From an uncultured bacterium (GTDB taxonomy: Bacteria > GCA-001730085), in contig CAZMGY010000030.1 of NCBI GenBank assembly GCA_964565945.1, positions 56,381-88,380 of the forward strand: DNA of 32,000 bases. The letters run 5' to 3'. A model generated the notes under the pieces. It was given only the letters and a program-made list of their open reading frames with translations. It had not been told where the DNA came from and did no database searches. Numbering within the stretch: the first letter of the stretch is position 1; each line of letters opens with the position of its first letter. Shown here piece by piece: positions 1-9,453 of the stretch. Both the position numbers and the translations under genes were made by a program.

Positions 1-214
1 TTCTTTGAGCTAAAATTACGCCACCTACACCTCACGTTGATAAAACTTAATGATTTCGTAAACACGTAAATTAACCGCATCACTCGATTCAAGGTTTGGC
101 AACAACCTCCAATCCTTAAGAGTTAGTAACTGTCTGCCCCTACAACGTCAAACTTCTCTCGAATGGGGATTTTTTTTTTGCCAATACGTTTTCTAGGAGG
201 CCCGAAACGGCCCT

Positions 215-1147
215 TTAGTCTGCCAGAAAACGCTCCGCTTCCAAAGCCGCCATACAGCCACTTCCCGCCGCAGTGATCGCCTGACGATAGATTTTGTCTT
301 GAACATCACCACAGGCAAAAACGCCCTCCACACTGGTGGCTACTGTACCTAGCTGAGGGATCAGGTAACCCGTTTCATCTGTATCGAGCTGTCCTTCCAA
401 AAAATCGGTGTTAGGTTTATGTCCAATGGCATAAAACAACCCTCCAGCATCAATCACGGTATCTTCTTGCCTCTGAACATTTTGAACTTTAAGGGAGGTT
501 AAACTCTCTTCCCCCAAGGCCTCCAATAAACCCGTATTCCACATCACTTCGATTTTGTCGTGCTTAAGCACACGGTCTTGCATCGCCTTGGAAGCACGGA
601 ACTGATCACGACGCACCAACATAATCACTTTGCTCGCATACTTGGTCAGATAATGAGCTTCTTCACAGGCCGAATCGCCCCCACCCACAACCACCAAAAC
701 CTGGTCACGAAAGATTGGCAAAGCACCATCACAAACAGCACAGGCCGAAATACCTTTTTGCCAGTAGGTCTCTTCTCCAGGAACCCCCATTCGTTTCGCA
801 GTCGCTCCAGTGGCAATAATCAAACTTTCAGCCTTAAGCTCATCCTTACCCACATAGACTTTAAAAGGTCTAACACTTAAATCCACTCGAGTAACCGTTT
901 CGGTCCGCATTTTGGTGCCACACGCCACAGACTGTCCACGCATACGCTCCATCAATTCTGGTCCTGAAATGCCTTCGGGAAAACCAGGAAAATTCTCAAC
1001 GTCCGTGGTGCTGGTTAGCTGCCCCCCCGCGGCCACTCCTCCAGCCATAAATCCTTCAAACATCAGGGGTTTGAGTTGCGCTCTCCCAGCATAAATCGCT
1101 GCCGTATGCCCAGCGGGTCCAGATCCAATAATAATCACTTTTTCCAT
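215..1147 (-). CDS. trxB: thioredoxin-disulfide reductase
   Basis: 310-aa ORF with ATG at 1147. It has two dinucleotide-binding motifs (GSGPAG, GGGDSA), the redox-active CAVCDG motif and a C-terminal GSGCMAALEAERFL, the pattern of low-Mr TrxR. Confidence 0.95.
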   Translation of the reverse strand: MEKVIIIGSGPAGHTAAIYAGRAQLKPLMFEGFMAGGVAAGGQLTSTTDVENFPGFPEGISGPELMERMRGQSVACGTKMRTETVTRVDLSVRPFKVYVGKDELKAESLIIATGATAKRMGVPGEETYWQKGISACAVCDGALPIFRDQVLVVVGGGDSACEEAHYLTKYASKVIMLVRRDQFRASKAMQDRVLKHDKIEVMWNTGLLEALGEESLTSLKVQNVQRQEDTVIDAGGLFYAIGHKPNTDFLEGQLDTDETGYLIPQLGTVATSVEGVFACGDVQDKIYRQAITAAGSGCMAALEAERFLAD

Positions 1148-1264
1148 GATAAGGTCTCACTTCTATTGATGGGGTTATCTTTCCTCCATTAGTCGCAGCA
1201 AGCCAACAAATACTTACTTGACAATTCCAGCACACACCCTTGAAAAGCCCGTACCCTTAGATTT

Positions 1265-2848
1265 TTAAGCCATTTTGGCTTGCTGAATCTTATGGCGAAT
1301 AAAAGACAAGACATTTTTAATAGAAATTAGGGTAACTTGCCCTTTATGCATCACAGGAACATGACGAAAACCCCCGAGAGCCATCTGGTTGATCGCATAG
1401 CCAATCCGCATAGTATCATCCAACAGCTTGAACTCACGATTAAGCACCACCTCACCCACGGTTAATCGCTCACGATTCACTTGTTTAAGGGCCACTTTGA
1501 GCATAATATCACGCTCAGATAAAATACCTTTGAACTGATCGCCTTCATTCACGAGCACAGCACTCACATCACGATTAGTTTTAAATACATCAATTGCCTT
1601 CGACATACTTTCTTTTATATCCATCGAGGTCGCCTGAACGCCACTATAGATAATCACATCTTCCAAAGGATCACGCATAATACTAAAAATAGGATGCGAT
1701 CGCACCTTGTTCAAATAGTCCTTACGTTCCTTAAGAATCGTGTTTTCCAATTGATCATCATCACTATCTTTAAGACGCGCATTTTGACCTCCACGAATTT
1801 CACCTCCTTCTTGGTCGACTTCCCAAAATTCAGATCCATTCAACAAAACTTGCAAATTGCCTTTACCTTTGGTTTCAAAAGCCATTTTTTGTTGTGCTTC
1901 CAACTGATCATCGTACGTAGGACGGCCCTCCACCGAACGGAAAACGCCCATTGGGGTAGGAAAATCGGGATATTGCATCTGCGTCAGCAAGTAGGCATAA
2001 GTCGGATCAGGATCATTCTCATCATGAACAATTAAATCCGCTTCGGTCACACCATTTTCACCAAGGGTTACCACTTCTGACTTAAGACCATTCATGCGAA
2101 TCCCTTTATCGCGATCTTTGCCAAAAATAAGAGGTTGCCCTTGTTCTAACATCAACAAACGATCGTCGCGTACTTCACGTCCTGAAATATCTTCGAAGGT
2201 TTTATCGTTAAAAATCACACAGTTTTGAAAAATTTCAATAAACGACACACCTTTATGCTCAGCGGCAGCTTTCAGAACTTGGGCCATATGTTTCGGATTA
2301 GTATCCAAAGCCCGCGCAATAAACGTGGCTTCAGCTGCAATCGAAAAACACAAAGGATTGATGGGATGCTCAATCGACCCCATGGGACTCGTCTTGGTTT
2401 TTTTACCAAGCTCCGAGGTTGGACTGTACTGCCCTTTGGTTAAACCATAAATCCGATTGTTAAATAAAAGAATCGTAATATCTAAGTTCCGTCGCAGAGC
2501 ATGCATAAGGTGATTCCCACCAATACTAAGACCATCACCATCCCCCGTGATCACCCATACATTCAATTCGGGGTTGGCCACCTTAACGCCAGTCGCAATC
2601 GCAGGAGCACGCCCATGAATGGTATGAAACCCATAAGTGTTCATATAATAAGGGAAACGACTCGAACACCCGATGCCACTCACAACCACAAAATTTTCGC
2701 GAGGAATTCCCAGCTCGGGAAAAACCTTTTGCACAGCACTTAAAATCGCATAATCCCCACAACGAGGGCACCAGCGAACATCAGCACTCGATACAAAATC
2801 TTTTTTGGTCAACTTAGGTTGTTCTTCACTCGCCTTAGTATCTGTCAT
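1265..2848 (-). CDS. korB: 2-oxoglutarate/2-oxoacid:ferredoxin oxidoreductase beta (TPP-binding) subunit with a C-terminal CBS-pair extension
   Basis: 527-aa ORF whose ATG overlaps the korA stop (ATGA at 2845-2848). Residues 1 to about 345 carry the KorB-type motifs CPRCGDY, GIGCSSRFPYY and GDGDG...NNRIYGLTKGQ, ending near LLNGSEFWEV. Residues about 386-520 look like a CBS pair (GILSERDI..., GGFRHVPVMHKGQVTLISIKNVLSFI). Confidence 0.85.
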   Translation of the reverse strand: MTDTKASEEQPKLTKKDFVSSADVRWCPRCGDYAILSAVQKVFPELGIPRENFVVVSGIGCSSRFPYYMNTYGFHTIHGRAPAIATGVKVANPELNVWVITGDGDGLSIGGNHLMHALRRNLDITILLFNNRIYGLTKGQYSPTSELGKKTKTSPMGSIEHPINPLCFSIAAEATFIARALDTNPKHMAQVLKAAAEHKGVSFIEIFQNCVIFNDKTFEDISGREVRDDRLLMLEQGQPLIFGKDRDKGIRMNGLKSEVVTLGENGVTEADLIVHDENDPDPTYAYLLTQMQYPDFPTPMGVFRSVEGRPTYDDQLEAQQKMAFETKGKGNLQVLLNGSEFWEVDQEGGEIRGGQNARLKDSDDDQLENTILKERKDYLNKVRSHPIFSIMRDPLEDVIIYSGVQATSMDIKESMSKAIDVFKTNRDVSAVLVNEGDQFKGILSERDIMLKVALKQVNRERLTVGEVVLNREFKLLDDTMRIGYAINQMALGGFRHVPVMHKGQVTLISIKNVLSFIRHKIQQAKMA

Positions 2849-4683
2849 GACCCAGTCAACTCCTCTATTTTAGCGCAGATTTCCGCCACAGTGAATGGTC
2901 GTCCTTGGATTTTATTAAAACCAATAGCATCCACCAAATATTCGGCACGAATCATTTTGATTAATTGCCCAGTGTTTAATTCGGGCACAAGCACCGTTTT
3001 AAATTGTTTTAAAAAATCCTTAAGCTCATGAGGAAAAGGAAACAAATGGCGCAAGTGGATACTGCTCACCGATACATCTTGGCTTTTCATTTGTTCCACA
3101 GCAGTGGTAATGGTTCCATAAGTTCCCCCCCAGCCAATAACCAAAAGATCCCCCGACACCTCACCTAAAATATCAAGTGGTGCATAATCATTGGCCATTT
3201 TAAGAACTTTTCCTAATCTTAAATGTGTCATTTGTTCATGATTTTCAAAATCATAACTAACTGAACCTTTTTCATCTTTTTCGAGACCCCCGATGCGATG
3301 CTCCATGCCTGGCGTTCCAGGCAAAGCCAAACGACGCGCTAGGGTTTCGGGGTCACGCTGGTAAGGCACATATGCTTCACCAGGAACAGCCGTCATCACC
3401 TCATTCGGTTCAAAACAAGAGACATCAGGAATTTTCCAAGGCTCAGCGCCATTGGCAATAAATCCGTCCATTAGAATAATCACTGGAGTGTTGTACTTAA
3501 GGGCCAAACGAGACGCCTCAATAACCGTATCAAAACAATCTGCTGGAGATTTAGCTGCAATCACAGGCAAGGGTGAATCACCATTGCGTCCATACATATT
3601 CTGTAATAAATCGCTTTGCTCTGTTTTGGTTGGCAAACCTGTACTAGGCCCGCCACGTTGAACATCAATAATCAAAAGCGGCAACTCGGTGATCATAGCT
3701 AAATTTATAGCTTCGGATTTTAAACAAATTCCAGGACCACTGGTGGCTGTCACCCCAATTGATCCAGCAAAGGCCGCACCAATTGCCACACCAATACCAG
3801 CAATTTCATCCTCAGCTTGCACTGTTTTGATACCAAAGTTTTTATGCTTCGAGAGTTCGGCAATCACATCACTGGCTGGCGTAATCGGATAACCTCCAAA
3901 AACGATTTGTTTTTGGCTTAACTCCGCCACCGTAACTAAGCCCAAAGACAAGGCTTCGTTACCTGTGATTTTACGATAAATTCCGGGTTCCATGGGGGCT
4001 TTTCCCACATGATACCTAACCCCAATAATTTCGGCAGTTTCTCCGTAAAAATACCCCGTCTTAAGAACCTTAACATTGGCCTCTAAAACATCAGGTTTCT
4101 TAGCAAATTTTTTCTCCAACCACGCAATAGTGAGTTCCATAGGACGATCATACATCCAATACATAAGACCCAGAGCGAAAAAGTTTTTGCACAATTGTTT
4201 GGCCGAAACCTTCAAAGGACTTTCTTCGAGAGAATCTAAGGTGAGCTGTGTTATATCAAGGAGAATTAAATTATATTTATCTTGCAAAGCCTCGTCTTCC
4301 AAAGGATTGCTTTCATAACCCGCTTTGCGTAAGTTTTCTTTAGTGAACGTTCCAGTGTTAGCAATCAAAATGCCTTTGTCCAGCAAGTCAGGAAGATTCA
4401 CCTTGAGTGCCGCAGGATTCATCACCACCAATACATCAGGAGCATCCCCTGGTGTCATAATCTTGCGATTTCCAAAATGAATTTGAAACCCCGAAACGCC
4501 TGGCAATGTTCCTTGAGGCGCACGAATTTCAGCAGGAAAATCGGGTAAAGTACTCACATCATTTCCAGCAATAGCACTACTGTGGGTAAACTGCGTTCCC
4601 GTTAACTGCATCCCATCGCCAGAATCTCCAGCAAAACGAATAACAACCGAATCAGTCACTTCTATAGATTTGTGCACAGACAT
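2845..4683 (-). CDS. korA: 2-oxoglutarate/2-oxoacid:ferredoxin oxidoreductase alpha subunit (fused gamma+alpha domains)
   Basis: 612-aa ORF with ATG at 4683. An N-terminal gamma-like domain (RFAGDSGDGMQLTG, DVLVVMNPAAL) is followed by an alpha domain (GYPITPASD, GGPSTGLPTKTEQSDL). The architecture matches two-subunit KorAB enzymes. Confidence 0.85.
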   Translation of the reverse strand: MSVHKSIEVTDSVVIRFAGDSGDGMQLTGTQFTHSSAIAGNDVSTLPDFPAEIRAPQGTLPGVSGFQIHFGNRKIMTPGDAPDVLVVMNPAALKVNLPDLLDKGILIANTGTFTKENLRKAGYESNPLEDEALQDKYNLILLDITQLTLDSLEESPLKVSAKQLCKNFFALGLMYWMYDRPMELTIAWLEKKFAKKPDVLEANVKVLKTGYFYGETAEIIGVRYHVGKAPMEPGIYRKITGNEALSLGLVTVAELSQKQIVFGGYPITPASDVIAELSKHKNFGIKTVQAEDEIAGIGVAIGAAFAGSIGVTATSGPGICLKSEAINLAMITELPLLIIDVQRGGPSTGLPTKTEQSDLLQNMYGRNGDSPLPVIAAKSPADCFDTVIEASRLALKYNTPVIILMDGFIANGAEPWKIPDVSCFEPNEVMTAVPGEAYVPYQRDPETLARRLALPGTPGMEHRIGGLEKDEKGSVSYDFENHEQMTHLRLGKVLKMANDYAPLDILGEVSGDLLVIGWGGTYGTITTAVEQMKSQDVSVSSIHLRHLFPFPHELKDFLKQFKTVLVPELNTGQLIKMIRAEYLVDAIGFNKIQGRPFTVAEICAKIEELTGS

Positions 4684-4685
4684 AA

Positions 4686-5159
4686 TTACGCTCCAAACGG
4701 CTCTTTGGGCACATCACCCAAAAGAGGAGGTAAATTCAAAGTTTCTTCGGGGACATGTTCTGCAATAAAATCAATCAAAACACGTACCGAAAGTAGCCCT
4801 AAAATCTCACCCTTGTCACAGACAGGCAAATGCCGAAAGGGTTTCGATCCAAATAAATTCATTGCTTCGGTCACATCAAGTTCGGGATCAACCGTAAACA
4901 CATTTTGCGTCATAACATCACTGATAGTATTAGAGGATGGCAAGTCGGTTCCAATGTAAAGACGCATAAAATCGCGTTCGGTAACAATACCCACCCAAAA
5001 AGAATCTTGATTCAGAACAAGCAAACAACTTCGATTTCTATCTTGCATCAGTCGAATCGAAGCCTCAATCGTATCTGTATCTTGAACAATCAAAGGTTTT
5101 TGAAGTGGAAGATGTTTCACCTTCTCATGCCAGCAGGGGTGTAATTCTTCGTTTGACAT
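4686..5159 (-). CDS. stand-alone CBS-pair domain protein
   Basis: 157-aa ORF with ATG at 5159 whose stop lies 2 nt before the korA ATG. It has two CBS-like repeats (GIVTERDFMRLY; FRHLPVCDKGEILGLLSVRVLIDFI). The FRH(L/V)PV motif is shared with the KorB C-terminal extension. Confidence 0.8.
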   Translation of the reverse strand: MSNEELHPCWHEKVKHLPLQKPLIVQDTDTIEASIRLMQDRNRSCLLVLNQDSFWVGIVTERDFMRLYIGTDLPSSNTISDVMTQNVFTVDPELDVTEAMNLFGSKPFRHLPVCDKGEILGLLSVRVLIDFIAEHVPEETLNLPPLLGDVPKEPFGA

Positions 5160-5255
5160 AATCGTTTTATTCCATCAAGGCTCATCACCTCATCTTAACA
5201 CAATCAAACTCTTACATTGAACTTAACCTAATAAAATTCAAGTCCAATTGCTCTG

Positions 5256-5284
5256 ATCTTACTCCCCTTTTTCGCAAAGTGCAA
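5256..5284 (-). promoter_or_regulatory. candidate sigma70-type promoter for the CBS-korAB operon
   Basis: The minus strand reads TTGCAC (5284-5279), a 17-nt spacer, then TAAGAT (5261-5256), about 97 nt upstream of the CBS ATG. It lies inside the 308-nt intergenic gap 5160-5467. Sequence pattern only. Confidence 0.3.
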
Positions 5285-5467
5285 CATTTTTTCAAAAATT
5301 AACTCAAATCAAAAAAGCTCTCACTCAAAGGAGTGTTTCATCAGCTTACATCTGTAGAAAAACGGTCGACAACCTTACAATAAGCTTCACAGATTTCAAC
5401 GGATAAACCCACACATTATACAGCAAGAAACGCTTGGATCAGCAATCAACCAACGTTTGATTACAAC

Positions 5468-5938
5468 CTAAGTTTTATGATATTTATGACCTTTAAGAAT
5501 CAAATACGAGCGATAAATCTGTTCTAATAGAAAAATCCGCACCATCTGGTGGGTGAATGTCATGTCCGATAGAGACATCACGAGATCAGGATTGGGCCAC
5601 TCCGTGGCATTTAGTCCAAAGACACCTCCAATCACAAAGATCATACGTTTGACTTGACCTCCATCACGGTGGCCTCGAATCATGGCAGCCATCCCCTCCG
5701 AAGTAAACCGTTGACCCTTTTCGTCGCACAACACCACAAAATCCTGCGGATGAATTTTTTGCATAATGCGTTCACGCTCAGCCACTATCACTCGACTGCA
5801 CTGAGCATCACTTCCTTTTTCTTCGGCCACCACCACCCAATCAATCGACACATGGGGTTTCAAACGATGCAAGTAATGGTCTTGCGCTTTCAGCCACAAA
5901 GGGTCTGTTTTGCCTACAAGAATCACCTGGATTTTCAT
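5468..5938 (-). CDS. rlmH: 23S rRNA (pseudouridine1915-N3)-methyltransferase (SPOUT family)
   Basis: 156-aa ORF whose ATG overlaps the surE stop (ATGA at 5935-5938). Size and pattern (MKIQVILVGK..., FVIGGVFGL, SLSDMTFTHQMVRIFLLEQIYRSY...GHKYHK) match RlmH/YbeA. Confidence 0.9.
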   Translation of the reverse strand: MKIQVILVGKTDPLWLKAQDHYLHRLKPHVSIDWVVVAEEKGSDAQCSRVIVAERERIMQKIHPQDFVVLCDEKGQRFTSEGMAAMIRGHRDGGQVKRMIFVIGGVFGLNATEWPNPDLVMSLSDMTFTHQMVRIFLLEQIYRSYLILKGHKYHKT

Positions 5939-6750
5939 GAAAAAAACGACTCTTTCAAATGATCAATAAATGAGCTTAACTCAAATGGTTGTTTGGGATC
6001 CGAATCATGCGGTAAACAACAATAGTCCGTTAAATCAAAATGCAAGGGCGTAATCGAAATCGAGCCTAATTGGATACATTTTTCATCACTATGATCGGGT
6101 CCAATGAAAGCCTCCTTACCCCCCGCCATCCAGTAATAGGTGCGCCCATAAGTATCCTGTCTACGATCGAAATCTTCGATAAAACGCGACACCCCTTGCG
6201 TGGTGGGACAAATATCATTCACCTGCTCCAAGGCAATGTTAGGCAAATTCACGTTCAGCAACATAGAAGAATAATCCATTTCCACACGAGACACCACATC
6301 GCACAAAGACTCAACCATTTTAATGCTAGCTCCAAAATGAGGCTCTTGGAAAATGGTTAGCGAGACAGCCACCGCAGGAACCCCCTGAATCGCCGCCTCA
6401 ACAGCACCTGCAACGGTTCCCGAATAAATCACATTGATTCCCAAGTTTGGGCCTAAATTAATCCCCGAAATCACTAAGTCGGGTGGCTCAACAAAAATTT
6501 GATGCAAAGCCATCTTTACACAGTCAGCAGGTGTCCCATTGATAGCATAACGCTCAATGCCATCGTCTTTTTCAACGGTTGCAATCCTCAAAGGATGTTT
6601 AAGAGTGATGCCATGCCCACAAGCACTGCGCTCTTCGGTGGGAGCAACCACCGTCACATCGGCTTGACCGCGCAAAGCACTGCACATAGCGTCCATCCCT
6701 GGGGCATGAATACCATCATCATTGGTGATTAATAGACGTAAAGGTTTCAT
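5935..6750 (-). CDS. surE: 5'/3'-nucleotidase SurE
   Basis: LRLLITNDDGIHAPG N-terminal signature plus GINLGPNLG and YSGTVAGA motifs. The ORF extends to ATG 6768. I prefer ATG 6750 (MKPLRLLITNDDG) because GGGAGA lies 5-6 nt upstream of it. Confidence 0.9.
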   Translation of the reverse strand: MKPLRLLITNDDGIHAPGMDAMCSALRGQADVTVVAPTEERSACGHGITLKHPLRIATVEKDDGIERYAINGTPADCVKMALHQIFVEPPDLVISGINLGPNLGINVIYSGTVAGAVEAAIQGVPAVAVSLTIFQEPHFGASIKMVESLCDVVSRVEMDYSSMLLNVNLPNIALEQVNDICPTTQGVSRFIEDFDRRQDTYGRTYYWMAGGKEAFIGPDHSDEKCIQLGSISITPLHFDLTDYCCLPHDSDPKQPFELSSFIDHLKESFFS

Positions 6751-6764
6751 TGATTTCTCCCGAC

Positions 6765-8537
6765 TCATTTTTGTTTTAACATATCTCGATAGAGCTTAGG
6801 AAACAACTGGCCTTTCTTCATCAGTGTCTCAAAACAACCTTGCTCCTGTATTGTGCCACGATCCATCACGATAATCCAGTCAGCATCCACCACAGACTCT
6901 AAGCGATGTGTAACTTTAATCACTGTTTTCCCCAACCAAATATCTTTTAGCTCAGCTTCAAGTTTCTTTTCTGTTTCACGATCCAAAGAACTTGTCGCCT
7001 CATCCAAAATAAAAATATCAGGACTATTCACCAAAGCACGCGCAATCATTAGGCGTTGCTGCTGCCCTCCCGATAAAGTCAGAGCTCCTGGCCCTAATAT
7101 ATCCTCCCAGCCCAACAGTCTTTGGGCTAAAAATTCTTCCAAATGAGCTCTTCGCGCAATTTCTTGCAAATCTTCTTCCGAAACCTTGCGTCCCATTGTC
7201 ACGTTATCTCGAATAGTTCCTGCAAAAAAGAACCTCTCTTGAGGAATATAACCCACCGATGCCAAAAAACCTTGCGGTTCAAGCTCTTTGAGCTCTTGAC
7301 CATCCACCCAAACATGCCCCGTATAATGGTCATACAAACGCAAGATAATATGTAATAACGACGATTTACCCGCACCAGAAGCTCCCACAATCACAGTTGT
7401 TTCTCCCTGACCCAATTTTAACGAAACATCACGAAGAATCTGCCGTTCATTCAAACGCAAACTCACACCCTCACAAACAATCGCATCCAAAAACCTCTTG
7501 TAAGATAATACATAATCTTGCTTGACAGGCTGTGGGAGACCCAAGAAGCCGTAGGTTTTTTCGAAATCAGGCCAAAACTGAACCACCGTAATAGCATCAA
7601 TAGCCAAAGCTTGTATCGCTGGAAACAAACGCATCAAAATAATGACCGCCATACCCAATAAGGGAAGCAACGCTTCGCAGTTATCGGGAAAATAATAAAA
7701 CAACACATATGTCGACACAGCAATTGTTAAATACAGACTAAACATCGATAGGATATGAGGAATATCTCCCGCCATAATAGCCTTAACGCGTGATTGTATG
7801 TATTGAATAGCATTATAATGAACTTTGTTCGTCCATAAATCGGTTAAAGACAGGGTTCGCAAGATCTTCATCCCTAGCAAAATTTCACTATAGACTTTCT
7901 GTTGCTCCTCCCAATGTTTGGTGGCCAAATGCCGTGCATGGTAAACCATGCGTCCCGACAACCTTCGCACGATCATAAGATAAAAAACACCAAACGATAA
8001 AACCCCTAAAGTAATCCATGGTTCAAAGAGAGTCATCAAAATCAACAAAAGAGCAATTTTAACCACCTGGCCCACCACCCGAAAGAAGGCATCCAAACCA
8101 TCAAGCATTTGAATCGATGAAGTTCCTGCCACAAAGGACCATGATTTCATATGTTCTTGCGTGAATTGAACATAGGGTGTGGTTAAAAAAAGCTGGGCTA
8201 ACTGCTTTTGATTATTGAGCGACACATGTGTGACACATTTTTGAGACAAAACCAGCGCCCCCAACCGAGCCAATAGCGTCAAACAGGTCATCAATAGAAA
8301 AAAGCCAAGCACCACATCCAACGAATAGGTGAACCCCAAGGTTGTCAGTGTATTCTCATAAAATTCTAACATCTGGGAAGATGATTTTTGATCGAACACA
8401 AACACCAAAACAGGATAAAAAACAGCCAGATTCAAAAATTCCAACACAGACACCAGCACAACCACCATCAAGGTGAGCATGGTTAACCAGGGGGTTCCTT
8501 GCAAAAACCGTGCAATCACCTTATAAGCATGTCTCAT
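6765..8537 (-). CDS. ABC exporter, fused permease/ATPase (MsbA-like)
   Basis: Walker A GASGAGKSS, signature LSGGQQQR, Walker B FILDEATSSLD and H-loop VTHRL, with a multi-TM exporter domain in the N-terminal ~300 aa. The ORF-track start at 8603 is TTG. The ATG at 8537 (MRHAYKVIARF) sits 1 nt after the upstream stop codon. The exporter's own stop overlaps surE ORF codon 1 by 4 nt. Confidence 0.85.
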   Translation of the reverse strand: MRHAYKVIARFLQGTPWLTMLTLMVVVLVSVLEFLNLAVFYPVLVFVFDQKSSSQMLEFYENTLTTLGFTYSLDVVLGFFLLMTCLTLLARLGALVLSQKCVTHVSLNNQKQLAQLFLTTPYVQFTQEHMKSWSFVAGTSSIQMLDGLDAFFRVVGQVVKIALLLILMTLFEPWITLGVLSFGVFYLMIVRRLSGRMVYHARHLATKHWEEQQKVYSEILLGMKILRTLSLTDLWTNKVHYNAIQYIQSRVKAIMAGDIPHILSMFSLYLTIAVSTYVLFYYFPDNCEALLPLLGMAVIILMRLFPAIQALAIDAITVVQFWPDFEKTYGFLGLPQPVKQDYVLSYKRFLDAIVCEGVSLRLNERQILRDVSLKLGQGETTVIVGASGAGKSSLLHIILRLYDHYTGHVWVDGQELKELEPQGFLASVGYIPQERFFFAGTIRDNVTMGRKVSEEDLQEIARRAHLEEFLAQRLLGWEDILGPGALTLSGGQQQRLMIARALVNSPDIFILDEATSSLDRETEKKLEAELKDIWLGKTVIKVTHRLESVVDADWIIVMDRGTIQEQGCFETLMKKGQLFPKLYRDMLKQK

Positions 8538-8538
8538 T

Positions 8539-9432
8539 TCACCACAGGCCTTTACGATTAGCCCACAATAGCCATTGCGGTAATTTCTCCAAAATCTCCT
8601 CAACCTGCTTAACTGTTTTGTGTTCTAGATTGTTAAGTGAATCCGTGTCCACAGCTTGTCTTTCGGATATACTCATCAAATCTAGAGGATCAACGGTATC
8701 AAAAGAATACTGGTGAACAAAATCTTGCCCCGAAAAAGGTGCCTCAAATTCTTTATAAACCAAAGCCTCCCAATCTCTCTCTTGCTGATGCCCCCAAGAT
8801 CTCACTTTATGCAACATTTGCTCTTTGGTGCGCACCCAACTCAAGTGATGCACCATAGGTTGACCATCCAAACCCAGCACCCGCTTCCATGTTTTTCTCC
8901 CATTGAGGGCATAGCGCTCCCTTTTCGAAAACACCTGCTTAGGCGAAATAGTGGTCTTTTTAATCCAAGTGCCCGCATATTCGGTTTGTTTAGCCCGATA
9001 ACAAATATCTCGAAAATACCAATAAGCTTCAAATGTTACAGTTCGCACAGAATTAAGAAACGAGGAGATAAACCATTCTTTTATCCGATCTGCATCCATA
9101 ATTTCATCATCGTCCAAAAAAAAGACACCCTCACATTCATCCAAAGCTAAGTACCCTAGCCACCGTCCCAAATTGATGCCAAAATGCGGCCCATAGCTCT
9201 TCGTCCACTGATCTGAATAAGGAAACATCAGCCACCGCACATCAGGGTAAAGACGTGCCAAATCAAGAAAATACGTTTCTGGTTCAGGTGTTCCATCCAG
9301 AAGATGATCACACACCACCACCACCACCTGATCACAGATCTTCAAAGTCTGATCAATACAGGGTCTTATAAAGTCACGCCCCAGACTACAATGATTGATC
9401 ACACATGCATGCTTAAGATTTGTCTGATTCAT
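8539..9432 (-). CDS. putative glycosyltransferase (GT17-like, DXD motif)
   Basis: 297-aa ORF with ATG at 9432. It has the segment VVVVVCDH...DGTPEP and the acidic motif FFLDDDEIM. The block HHLSWVRTKEQMLHKVRSWGHQQ resembles the GWHFSY...K..SFSH.E block I recall from bacterial GT17 (PF04724) proteins. The family assignment is from memory. Confidence 0.5.
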   Translation of the reverse strand: MNQTNLKHACVINHCSLGRDFIRPCIDQTLKICDQVVVVVCDHLLDGTPEPETYFLDLARLYPDVRWLMFPYSDQWTKSYGPHFGINLGRWLGYLALDECEGVFFLDDDEIMDADRIKEWFISSFLNSVRTVTFEAYWYFRDICYRAKQTEYAGTWIKKTTISPKQVFSKRERYALNGRKTWKRVLGLDGQPMVHHLSWVRTKEQMLHKVRSWGHQQERDWEALVYKEFEAPFSGQDFVHQYSFDTVDPLDLMSISERQAVDTDSLNNLEHKTVKQVEEILEKLPQWLLWANRKGLW

Positions 9433-9453
9433 AACACCCAGCAGTATATCCCA

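Noticed and set aside
1-60. A TAGCTCA-like string at the left edge on the minus strand (…ggcgtaattttagctcaaagaa), which hints at a tRNA D-arm.
   Set aside because: No acceptor stem, GG in the D-loop or T-loop (GTTCGAATC-type) can be assembled from the visible sequence, and the element would run off the window. The evidence is insufficient.
170-179. A T10 homopolymer downstream of trxB, considered as a terminator.
   Set aside because: On the minus strand it reads A10, which is the wrong polarity for trxB. On the plus strand the only preceding stem is CCCC/GGGG with a loop of about 24 nt. The GGCC...GGCC element next to the trxB stop has a 4-bp stem at best and no U tract. I therefore made no terminator call.
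560-880. Numerous plus-strand ORFs of 60-145 aa in the track (for example 560-880, 1694-2035, 4076-4318, 8713-9150, 18286-18687).
   Set aside because: Each lies entirely antisense within a long, motif-rich minus-strand gene. Their translations are low-complexity or Ser/Thr/His/Asn-rich and show no recognisable motif, start context or SD. They are the usual shadow ORFs of an AT-rich genome.
1218-1223. A perfect TTGACA hexamer on the plus strand in the korB-trxB gap.
   Set aside because: No acceptable -10 follows it (TGAAAA at 17 nt), and it would drive transcription antisense into korB. It is probably coincidental.
5311-5335. A small hairpin (CACTC-AAAG-GAGTG) with an adjacent 6-nt run, considered as the rlmH terminator.
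   Set aside because: The stem is only 5 bp, the U run is separated from it by 5 nt, and it lies about 130 nt past the rlmH stop. It is too weak to call.
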